Shown in pieces: positions 1 to 11,000 of a stretch of DNA of 64,000 nucleotides. The translations under genes and the position numbers were made by a program. How positions within the stretch are numbered: position 1 is the stretch's first letter; each line of letters begins with the position of its first letter. The notes beneath the pieces are model-generated. The model saw nothing but the letters and a program-made list of their open reading frames with translations. It made no database searches and was not told the DNA's origin. Source of the DNA: Stegostoma tigrinum (taxonomy: Eukaryota); NCBI RefSeq assembly GCF_030684315.1, contig NC_081397.1, forward strand, positions 4,960,001 through 5,024,000, written 5' to 3'.

Positions 1-103
1 TTACTGTCTTTTTTAAAAAAAGCGACGTCTGCATGAGGAAATGGAGACCATCAAATATTCAGGCAGATGAGAACTGGACAGAATCTCATTGATTTGTATT
101 TCT

Positions 104-104
<1 letters not shown>

Positions 105-142
<38 letters not shown>

Positions 143-162
143 GTGTGTGCGCGCGCGCGCGC
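105..162. repeat. (GT)n-(GC)n microsatellite
   Basis: Uninterrupted purine/pyrimidine alternation, with GT repeats grading into GC repeats. Confidence 0.95.
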
Positions 163-219
163 CCCTGTGTGGTGGTTCCAGGAATGAGGTGTTGCAGATA
201 ACACATGAATTAACAGGAG

Positions 220-850
220 GCAACAAAATGTGAGGCTGGATGACCACAGCAGGCCAAGCAGCATCTCAGGAGCACAAAAGCTGACGTTTCGGGCCTAGAC
301 CCTTCATCAGAGAGGGGGATGGGGTGAGGGTTCTGGAATAAATAGGGAGAGAGGGGGAGGCGGACCGAAGATGGAGACAAAAGAAGATAGGTGGAGAGAG
401 TATAGGTGGGGAGGTAGGGAGGGGATTGGTCAATCCAGGGAAGATGGACAGGTCAAGGAGGTGGGATGAGGTTAGTAGGTAGATGGGGGTGCGGCTTGGG
501 GTGGGAGGAAGGGATGTGAGAGTAAGAACAGGTTAGGAAGGCGGAGACAGGTTGGACTGGTTTTGGGATGCAGTGGGTGGAGGGGAAGAGCTGGGCTGGT
601 TGTGTGGTGCAGTGGGGGGAGGTGACGAACTGGGCTGGTTTCGGGATGCAGTAGGGGAAGGGGAGATTTTGAAACTGGTGAAGTCCACATTGATACCATT
701 AGGCTGCAGGGTTCCCAGGCGGAATATGAGTTGCTGTTCCTGCAACCTTCGGGTGGCATCATTGTGGCACTGCAGGAGGCCCATGATGGATATGTCATCT
801 AAAGAATGGGAGGGGGAGTGGAAATGGTTTGCGACTGGGAGGTGCAGTAG
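220..850 (-). mobile_element. Penelope-like element, 3' fragment (GIY-YIG C-terminus and 3' end)
   Basis: ORF 533-898(-) contains LHLPVANHFHSPSHSLDD...EQQLIFRLGTLQPNGINVDF. The same peptide follows VYCIHC...YIGETKR (GIY-YIG) in copies at 49095 and 51216. Confidence 0.85.
283..310 (-). ncRNA. Minimal hammerhead ribozyme core in PLE end
   Basis: Minus strand reads CTGATGA-AGGGTCTAGGCCC-GAAACGTC: CUGAUGA box, stem II GGG/CCC, GAAA box, palindromic ACGU and a GUC cleavage triplet. Stem I is weak. Confidence 0.65.
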
Positions 851-1708
851 TTTGAAAACCTGATTTCTGATTTCCTTTTTTTTTGCCACGGTATACATTT
901 ATGAATTGTTTGTACATTAGGACAATTGAACATAGTGATCACTGTATGTATCCTTCTGTTATCTTTCGCAATACAGCTATGCTATCCTTCTTTCTTCGGT
1001 TGTATACTAACTAGAGTGTAAGCAGCTCAATTGCCTCCAACTTGCTTCCAAACAAATCTGCCTCATTGCGTGGCCTGTACAACAGTGACAATTACTTGAC
1101 AAAGAATGCAACAACATCAATCTGTCAGATTGTTCGCCGCCAGTCTCCTGTCGGGAACATCACGGGAAGTGTCCTCAAAAGTAATGTGACTTTTCAACTT
1201 CTACCATACTGGCAGCGATGCTCTATTCTTGCCGAATTAAAAGAGGCAAATATGCTAGAATGACCAAATCCTGCCCTACTTAGCCCGAGAATTGATGAGC
1301 CAGATCAGGGGATGTGTCTGAGATGACTGAATACACGTGAACCTGAGCGAGCAGAACTGTATAACTATGATGTTTAAGGTTTCAAATACATCTCAAATTC
1401 GTCAGAGCTAGCCAGAAAATCTCAGAACTGTCAGGGCTGGAAGAAAAGAAGATGACTGCAGTTGATGGAAGTTAAACTTGTCAGTCAGGACTTCTCAGTT
1501 CAACTATTTCTCAGCCGCATGTGTTTGGCCTAATCATACTGAACTGATGGATCACATTCGTTGTAAACTTGGAATGATCTCATTTGTCCATTTCACCTGA
1601 GGACATTCAAATATTGTCTGATATTAATGACACCTCGGATCTTAATATACAAGAACAATGTATAAGCTTTTCAAATGAGTTGTTATACCGAGACACGACG
1701 GTGCTGCA

Positions 1709-1940
1709 GATAGCAAGGTGTAGATGAACACAGCAGACCAAACAGCATCAGAGGAGCAAGTAGGCTGATGTTTTGGGCCTAGACCCTTCTTCAGAAAATT
1801 ATTCTTCAGACTTTCTGAAGACGGTTCTAGGCCCGAAACATCAGCCGTCCTGCTCCTCTGATGCTGCTTAGCCTGTTGTGTTCATCCAGCTCTACACCTT
1901 GTTACCTCAGATTCTCCAGCATCTGCAGTTCCTACTGTCA
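1709..1940. mobile_element. Palindromic non-autonomous PLE-end element
   Basis: The left half is the approximate reverse complement of the right half and both match the PLE 3' end. GTGCTGCA flanks both sides (1701-1708, 1946-1953). Confidence 0.75.
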
Positions 1941-2409
1941 TTAAAGTGCTGCAATTATGCACAAGGAAACCCAGGTTGCTGCGCAAATCAGAGCTGAGTG
2001 ATATCATGACATTCACAAAGCACATTTCTATTTATATCGTCTTGCCAGGATGAAACATTTTCTTGTATTAAGACAAGTTGTATGTATTTACGGAATGCCT
2101 CCTCATTTATAGAAGCTACCACCTGCCTTTGTAATTTGCTTATGTCCTCCCGTCTGAAGTTTGTTCCATTACCATTGGAGGCGTGCAATGAATCTTTATA
2201 AATCAGAGTGAAAGATTGTTTCGATACAACTTTTTTTTTACATTCAGTAGCCGGTATGGGTAGTATTCATAATACGCAAGGATTCATTTGAGCCAGGAGA
2301 AGAGGAAATGAAGAAATATAAGACTATGGATCAGAAACACAAAAATCTCATCACAAGGGTGGAAATAAAATTTTAATCTATTTTCCATCTCTTTCCAACC
2401 CACTGCATC

Positions 2410-2597
2410 CCCACAGTGCTGAAAACAGCCATTTGGCCCATCACATTTTCACTGACCCTCTGAAGACCATTGCCCGAAGTCTCAGGCTCCCAACGTCCCC
2501 TCAATTCACCTAACTATACATTTCTGTATAATGCTGGGTAGTTTATCCCCCTGCGCTGTGAGTCAGCAGTCTAACCTCTGAACCACCTTGCCACCCC
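2410..2597 (-). mobile_element. Degenerate HE1-like SINE remnant
   Basis: GCTGTGAG...AACC...CCACC..GCCACCC resembles the end of the better-preserved SINE at 53045-53343. Confidence 0.45.
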
Positions 2598-2989
2598 TCA
2601 ACCATATACTCATTCACAGAGAAAATATAACTCCAATACAATTATTGCACCCATACGTAACCAACTTGCACTGTTTTCTGTTCTTGAATTGAAACAAAAT
2701 CTTCGTTTCTGAGTCAATTGATATGAAGCTCACAACTCTAATGGTCTGCAATTTCTCACTACTGGGTCATTGCGACTGTTGGTAGGATTGCTGAGGAATT
2801 CAGGACAATCTTTACTCGTGCTGTTGAAGAGGGAAGAAGCTAACATGCGAAGGAGGTGGGATCCTGAGAGAAGTGTCTGCAGCAGAGCTGCACTTGAAGT
2901 ACTAGAGGTAATGATAAGTGAGTCAGGAAGACAGATAAAGTATAGCCAATCAAAGTAAAATAGCGATTGAGATTGTCAAGGCTAAATGA

Positions 2990-3700
2990 TACATTCAGTG
3001 CTCAGTGTTGGAGTTGGGACGTGATGTTGTGCTTGCACAAGATGTTGCTGGAACAAGTTCTTGAATATTGTGTGCAGTTCTGTTCACTGAGCTAAAGAAA
3101 GGACATTATTAATCTGTAGAGGATCCAGAGAAAATTTACAAGGATGTTACTGGAACTGGAGAGTTTGAGTTAAAAGTAAAAGGTGGATAGTCTGGGACAT
3201 TTTTCTCTGGAGTATAAGATGTTGAGTAAAGGCCTTACAGCATTTGTAGAACAATGAGGGACATCCACCGGTAAAATAACAAAGATCATTTCCCTACTGT
3301 AGGAGGAGGGGTGGGGTTCAAAACAAAAGGGATTTTGTCTTTTTTTTTCAGTTGATAGTCAAAAGATTTGAAAAGGACTAGCTCGACAACATTTTTTTTT
3401 TCACACAGAGAGAGGTTCTTATGTGGAATGAACCACCAGAGGAAGTGCTAGATGCAGGAACAGTTACAATATTTATAAGGCATTTGCATAGATACATGAA
3501 AACCAAGGGTTTAGAGGGATATTGGCCATCTGCAGGCAAGTGAGATTAGTTTAGCCTAGAAAACTTGGTCACCATGGGGGATAACAAGGTGTGGAGCTGG
3601 AAGAACACAGCAGGCCAAGCAACATCATAGGAGCAGGGTGAGTTGGACCGAAGGGTCTGTTTCTGGGCTGTTTGACTCCATGGCGCTCTGTGACTCTGAA
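2990..3700 (+). mobile_element. Degenerate CR1 LINE 3' fragment
   Basis: Decayed nucleotide similarity to the 3' part of the CR1 at 5716-7075 (EYCVQF, FTRML and FTQR coding regions); contains a small PLE-end fragment near 3580-3640. Confidence 0.7.
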
Positions 3701-5476
3701 TCTATTTTATTACACCCAGTCTGAGCCTGAAACATCAGCTTTTGTGCTCCTGAGATGTTGCTTGGCCTGCTGTGTTCATCCAGCTTCACGCTTTGTTATT
3801 TTGAAAAACAAGGCAGATGAGTTGATGACACAAGAGAGCACATGGGAATATATTCTATCACTCAGATGCAGTCAAGGTAGGAGAAGGATTTACAGATCAA
3901 TATTGTAGAATATAAGGGTCCCAAGCAAAGCAAAGAACAGATGGCACCACATTTTTGAGCAGTTTATCACTTTGGGCAATTAGAAAGGATGACATCCTGG
4001 AGATTTCCTCAGATAAAACCACATGGGCAGAGCTAAGAAAAATGTCAGAATAAAAGAACAATTCTTCAACGGAAAATCCTGGTCTTGTTCGTTTTCCATT
4101 TTGTTTTTGAACGGAGTGTAAATGGTTGGAGTTTAATATAGGTTCCTGCCTCATCTGGGTGAAATAGAGGAGCAGATGCAGAGGCAAATTTCAGAGTGTA
4201 AAAATCATGTGCACGATAGTGGTGATTTCAACTTCCCAACATTCATTGAAGAAATCAAATTTTAAGTAATTTAGAGGGAGGGAATTCTGAAACACATCCA
4301 GGACAGTTTAGTTTCTAACCTTGCAAGTGATATGCCTTACAAGGGAGGTGGCGATTCTGGACTTAAAATTAGGTGATGATGTCATGCCATTGGTCAAAGT
4401 ATTAGTGGGGAACAATTTTGCAGAGAGCAAGTTAACTCAGTTAAATGCAAGACTTTCATGGAGGAGGAATGGGATGAGTCTGAAATCCAAGTCTGAATCA
4501 GGAGCAAAGTCAGGTATGATAGGACGAGAATAGACAGCGACAAAACAGTTATTTTTTTAGAAAAGCCTGCGTCAGATAGACAGTGGGATGCATTCAGTAA
4601 TTAAATATGAAGAGACCAAGGCCAGTGTGTTGGAGACAGTAAGTACTGCAGGTACTAGAAACCGGATGGTCAGGATATTCAAGACACAGCTTCCATTAAC
4701 CAAATTAGGTGTGTTTTCAATACTACTTCCTGAGTGTTGATACTTAATTCCTCTCATATTCAGCAGCATTAAAGGTTTTATTGAAGATAGTACAAGCTGC
4801 TTTGTGTTCTCTGGAAGAAACACATAAGTTTATTCAGGACTCTGTGTTTATACCCAGGCCGCCAGAAGAACAGATTTCCAGCATGTCCAGAAAGTGCCAA
4901 TGTCTGGAAGGATGGCATTCACCAAGGCAACTTGGTGAAATCAACTAAAATTAGGTTGGATGCGGAAAACATCTCCAAGATAGCAATCAATCTGTTAGAG
5001 TTCCCTCGTCCATCATTCCTGAATAAGGATTTAATTTCAGAAAGTGAACAACTGTTAGATTGTGAGGAGCTCCCATACACGCGACAGATGTAGCTATTGG
5101 CAATTAGGTGGAGTAGAGTAGAGTAGTTCATGAGATTTGTGACAAACTCAAAAAAAGCAAAACTGATTCACCAGGCAGGATTGTTCAGTACAAAGCACAA
5201 CTGTCTAAATTCAGAAATAAGGTAAGATGCATGGCATCCGGATCCAGTGAATAGAGAAGACAATGAAAGTCTATGATGCCGGGGTCAGACCTTATTTTAT
5301 TTAGTGCATTGTGCAAAAAAATCTAAATTATCCTGCCTAATTATCAGAAGTAATCATTTGACATAATTAGCTCTCTGGAGGTCTGATGCATGTATTAATA
5401 CAGATTACCTTTCCTTAACCTAATCATACATCAGTCACAAACCTTCAGAACCTACAGAAATCATGTTTCCTCAGAA

Positions 5477-8212
5477 ATGGTGAAAGCACTGATTTTGCTG
5501 TTGAAAGAGATTCATTATCCACTTCTTGCAGCTTTTTGTCTTCCTGGTGAGGCATCCAACCTACTTGTAGTTTTTTATAATTTCTCTTTGTGAACGCTAC
5601 GCATTGTATGTTTCCCAATGTCAGTGTTACCGGAACAACATGAAGAATATTGGCTGGTCAGTTTGTGTTTTTTTTTCCCCTTTTACCGAGAAATACTGCT
5701 GTTGTAATAAACATAATGAGCCTTACCTCAGTTGTTGGTAAAGTGTTGGAAAACGATTTAAGGGATAGGATTTATAATCATCTAGAAAAGAATAAATTTA
5801 TTAGAGATAGTCAGCACGGTTTTGTGAAGGGAAGGTCGTGCCTCACAAAACTTACTGAGTTCTTTGAGAAGGTGACCAGACAGGTAGATGAGAGTAAACC
5901 GGTTGATGTGGTGTATATGGATTTCAGCAAGGCATTCGATAAGGTTCCCCACAATAAGCTATTGTACAAAATGCGGAGGAGTGGAATTGTGGGTGATGCA
6001 GCAGTTTGGATCGGAAATTGGCTTGCTGAAAGAAGGCAGAGGGTCATAGTTAATGGGAAACGTTCATCCTGGAGATCAGTTACTTGTGGTGTACCGCAAG
6101 GTTCGGTGTTGGGTCCACTGCTGTTTGTCATTTTTATAAATGACCTGGATGAGGGCGTAGAAGGATGGGTTAGTAAATTTGCAGACAACACTAAGGTCGG
6201 TGGAGTTGTGGATAGTGATGAAGGATGCTGTAGGTTACAGAGAGACACAGATAAGCTGCAGAGCTGGGCTGAGAGGTGGCAAATGGAGTTTAATGCAGAC
6301 AAGTGTGAGGTGATGCACTTTGGTAGGAGTAACCGGAAGGCAAAGTACAGGGGTAATGGTAAGATTCTTAGTACTGTAGATGAGCAGAGAGATCTTGGTG
6401 TCCATGTACACAGATCCTTGAAAGTTTTCACCCAGGTTGACAGGGCTGTTAAGAAGGCATACAGTATTTTAACTTTTATTAATAGAAGTATTGAGTTCCG
6501 GAACCAAGAGGTTATGGTGAAGCTGTACAAAACTCTGGTGCAGCCGCACTTGGAGTATTGTGTACAGTTCTGGTCACCGCATTATAAGAAGGATGTGGAG
6601 GCTTTGGAAAGGGTGCAGAGGAGGTTTACTAGGATGCTACATGGAATGGAGGGAAGGTCTTATGAGGAAAGGCTGAGGGACTTGAGGCTGTTTTCATTAG
6701 AGAGAAGAAGGTTGAGAGGTGACTTAATTGAAACGTATAAAATAATCAGAGTGTTAGATAGGGTGGATAGGGAAAGCCTTTTTCCTAGGATGGTGACGGC
6801 CAGCATGAGGCCGCATAGCTTTAAATTGAGGGGTGAAAGATATAGGACAGATGTCAGAGGTAGTTTCTTTACTCAGAGAGTAGTAAGTGAATTGAACGCT
6901 GTGCCTGCAACGGTAGTAGATTCTCCAACCTTAGGTACATTTAAGTCATCATTGGATAAGCATATGGACGTACATGGAATAGTGTAGGTTAGATGGGCTT
7001 GAGATCGGTATGACAGGTCGGCACAACATCGAGGGCCAAAGGGCCTGTACTCTGCTGTAATGTTCTATGTTCTATAATATTCCGTAAGTATCCTCTGCAA
7101 ACATTTTTATTGATTGTCTGACAGTACCATTTGGAATGATGACTGCAGTAGCATATTAAATGTTTGGTACATTTCTAGCTTTGTAAATTACTCAGGATGT
7201 TTTCAAATCTTTTAATAAGTATCTTCACCTCTATTTCAATTATGCATTGCAATTTAACTGACCTTCTCTGTCTCTTTTTCAGCGAACCTGGTGACTGTTT
7301 TAATTATCTTACGAGGAAACTGTGGCCTTTCCAGATGCATCTCTGCTTACATGTTGGCGATGGGAACTTCGGATTTATTGGTCGTTATCAACTATAGTAT
7401 AGTATATCGTATTTTGATTCATTATTTACCATTTTCCTTCCTGTCCCACACTCCTGTGTGCAAGCTCATTACATATATGATTGCCACGAGTCTCGATTAA
7501 ACTGTTTGGTTCACCGTTTCATTCTCGTTTGACAGATTTGTGCTGATCTGCTGCCAGGAGTTTAAAGTAAAATATTGCACCAAAAAAAACAGCGACCACA
7601 GTGCTAATAATCATCTCAGTCTTGATCTTGTTAAAGAATATTCCACTTTTGTTTGCATATGTGCCAGAGTAAATCATTAACAAAATTCAGTGGGGCTGCC
7701 GATCCAGCGTAACTTTCTTTGCTTCAACTCCAGGGATCGCGTTTGTCTGGTTTTACAGTGTCTGGATTGCTTGGCTTCCATTTCTCCTCATTTTTTTGTT
7801 TAATTCTTTCACCATCCACCGTATAGTATTGGCAAATAGAACTCGCGTTGGACTCCAGGGTCACAGAAATGAGAATCAAAGAAATTCAGAGTTGGAGAAT
7901 CGGAGAAAGTCTATCATTTTATTGTTCTCGGTATCAGTCAGTTTCATAATGCTTTGGTTGACATATTCCACGAGTTTGGTCATTACCAGACTGTCAAACC
8001 TTAATTATTACCGAGGTGATTTCAACAACCCTGAATATATCGCAATTGAAATAGGAAATATACTCAAGTTGTTGAGTTGTTTCCTGAACCCATGCATTTA
8101 TGCAATCACCCAGAACAAATTCAGAGAAGAGCTTAAGACTGTGGTGAACTCTCTATGGAAACAAATTCTCAGATTAGTTGAAAAACATGGTCATGAAATA
8201 AATCTAATTTAG
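5477..8212 (+). pseudogene. Two-exon GPR139/GPR142-like class A GPCR pseudogene
   Basis: Exon 1 5477-5546 (MVKALILLLKEIHYPLLAAFCLP-G|gtgagg). Exon 2 starts at 7283 (ttttcag|) and reads ANLVTVLIILRGNCGLSRCISAYMLAMGTSDLL...FDRFVLIC...NPCIYAITQNKFREELK. In-frame TAA at 7498-7500 and 7670-7672, and a +1 frameshift in the A8 run at 7582-7589. Confidence 0.85.
5716..7075 (+). mobile_element. CR1-clade LINE, 5'-truncated, open reverse transcriptase ORF, inside the GPCR intron
   Basis: ORF 5650-6987 has [44 protein letters not shown] and LEYCVQFWSPH, and ends in a TGTTCTATGTTCTAT tail. Confidence 0.95.
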
Positions 8213-8712
8213 GTGAAATTCTTTATGACTGAGACTTAATTTCACATCGTTTTCCACAAAGGAATTTCCTTCATCCCCCGAGTTGCAAAAAAATGCTTTA
8301 TACAAACATTTCTGATATTTTCCATTGGGCATTTTATGCGTGTGTTATTTTCTGTTATTTATGACCTTTTGTTTAAATTTTGCAGATAGCATTTCCATTT
8401 TAAGGTAACACGTTCAAAATCAGGGACTAATTTTAAAAGAAGAGGCTTTAACAATGGCGTTTAATATGAAAATAAATGAGCCTATTAGAGATACTGAGAT
8501 CAAATGTGCCAGTTTATAACCGTGGTCACGTTTGTTACTGTCTCGAAACCAATCAAAAACTATGGCTGGTTCAAACTTGGAAACTGCAAGTTGTGTGTCA
8601 ATATTGCACGAAAGGGATCTGAGTCGCCGACAAAATTACACATTGAAACGTCATACACGAACCTTCAAGAAAGGTAAAACAAACTGCAAAGAACATGTCC
8701 TTTCTTGCTAAG

Positions 8713-8840
8713 AGACAGCAAGAATTGCAGGTGCTGGAGTTAGAGACAACAATGTGGAGCTAGACGAACACAGCAGGCCAGGCAGCAGCAGAGGCCCAGG
8801 GAAGTTAATGCTTCGGGTTGGGACAGTTCTTCAGAACATT
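8713..8840 (-). mobile_element. PLE 3'-end fragment
   Basis: GAACACAGCAGGCCAGGCAGCA motif plus a degenerate hammerhead (minus strand GTTCTGAAGA...CCCGAAGCATTAAC). Confidence 0.6.
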
Positions 8841-9659
8841 CTTGGAATCCTGGTTGCTGTACGATGCTGAATAAAAGTTAGTTTATTGAACAGTCACAGC
8901 CAACAACATTTGTACATTCTGCTGAAGTGCACACTGCTGTGCTGGCTAGAACATTCATTTCCGGCTGCACTTATGAACCGTAGATTCAAGAAATATCTCA
9001 AATAGGAGTGATCAGATCACGGCAATACGTTTTTTTCTTGCTTTCTCCCAAAACCCTTTCATCACTGCAGCCCTCAGAAATGTTTACATCTAATTCATGA
9101 ATGTATTCAAAGTTTTGAATTCAACTGCTTTCTGCACTGGAAACTCCACAGTCGCTGTTTGAAAACACTGTCATCATCGAAGTCCCATACATCCGACCCA
9201 AAGTTGTAAGCCTGTGATCCATCATTCCAGTTCGCAGTCACACGGCTGAAAAACTCACCAGCTTGTTCTGTTCTCACCCAGAAAACCAAACATTCATCTC
9301 TGCCTCCTAACATTTCGATTTGATTCAGCAGGAGGACTTTTGAGTCAGGTCCTGACCAAAATATTTAATGCCCACACATTGTTGCTCCACTGAAATTATC
9401 GTGTGCCATCTTATTTAACGGTTGGTGTTCTTGTAGAAACACCAAATGTGCTAATGCAGGGACTCGTGTTGGAGGAGGGTAGTTGGGGTTGCTTACACAC
9501 GTTTTCATGCAGATACATTATCAGTGCACGCTTTCTCTCAGTTGATTAGAGCAGGATCACGTGTCTACACCACGGAGTCATGGAATCATACCACACAGAA
9601 ACAGCCTTTTCTGTCCAACCAGTCCATGTCGAACATAATCCAAACCTAAACTAGTCCCA

Positions 9660-9792
9660 GAGATAATGGGAACTGCAGATGCTGGAGAATCCAAGACAAC
9701 AAAATGTGAGGCTGGATGAACACAGCAGGCCAAGCAGCATCTGAGATGCTGCTTGGCCTGCTGTGTTCATCCAGCCTCACATTTTGTTGTCT
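9660..9792. mobile_element. PLE-end-derived perfect hairpin insertion
   Basis: 49-bp perfect inverted repeat (9694-9742 / 9744-9792), flanked by duplicated CTAAACTAGTCCCA (9646-9659, 9791-9804). Confidence 0.85.
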
Positions 9793-10289
9793 AAACTAGT
9801 CCCACCTGTCTGTTAGTTGCCTGTTTTCCTCCAAAAATTTATTTTTCAAGTAATTATCTAAATGCCTTTTAAACCTTCATTGAACAGATGTAGCCGACAA
9901 TATCTGTAAATTATCCTAAAGAACACATAGATATGATGCCTAAAACATTCAGTGATGAGAGCGCTTATGAACTGCAGTTTTGTGGAAACATCTAATGTAG
10001 GACTGATCAGATCAGCACAGTACTACTTTTCCGCATTTGCCCCATGCCCATTCATCCCATTAGCCCTCAGAAATACACACAACTACTTCTTGAACACATT
10101 CAATGTTTTGACCTCAATTTCTTTCTGTCCCAGTGAACTCAACATGAGCTGTTTTAAACCTCCCTCATCATCTCAGCCCGAAACGTCCCAGCCGATGCAT
10201 TAGACAGTGAACCATAGTTCCAGTTCACAGAAACATGATCAGCTTGTTATGTCCTCACCCCTTGTTGCAGACAGAAAGTGATAGTGCTG

Positions 10290-11000
10290 CCTTCTTTTAC
10301 AGCTGCCATTCACATTACCTATGCTCCTCATCATTTTATAAACCTCTGTAAGGTCACCTTTCAGCCTTCCACACTCCAGTGAAAAAGATTTCCAGCCGAT
10401 CCGGTCTCTTATAACAGCTCAAATATTCCATTCCCCGCAGCATTCTCATTAATTTCAAACCTCTCCAGCTTGATGATGTCCTTCCTTTAACTGGGCACGG
10501 TAAACTGTTCTCCAGGAAAGGCCTCATCAAACCCTATCCAACCCCATGGTAACGTCCCAACTCCTTTACTCAATGGTCTCAGCAATGAAGGCAAGACTGC
10601 TAAATGCATTCCCAAGCAACTTCTTTTTATGTGATGCAAACTGCAAGGAATTAAATCCCTGACTGCTTAAGAGTCTTTGTTCTACACTACCCAAAGCCCA
10701 ACTTTTAATGACATTTTCCTTGCCTTTTTGTTTTTACAAACCTTGTGTGGACACCAATGAAACTCATTCTGCGACTCTTCAGAAATTTGACATAATTAAT
10801 CAATCTTTGGAATCTTAACAAATCTTCTTCAATGTCCACATAAACTGCAATCAGGGTGTCATCCCCAAACTCACAAACCGTTCCTCTTATATACTTACTA
10901 AAATCATTCAAATAAACGACAAACAAAAGTGGTCCATCACCGATCTGTCTGCTACACTGCTGGACATCGGTCCGCAGTCCAAAAATGAAACTGTCCACAA
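10290..11000 (-). mobile_element. Degenerate CR1 LINE fragment
   Basis: ORF 10705-11046(-) GPLLFVVYLNDF...EFGDDTLI resembles CR1 RT motifs. Confidence 0.7.

Noticed and set aside
5650-6987. 445-aa ORF as a host gene
   Set aside because: It is a 5'-truncated CR1 RT with a TTG start in flanking DNA and a LINE tail.
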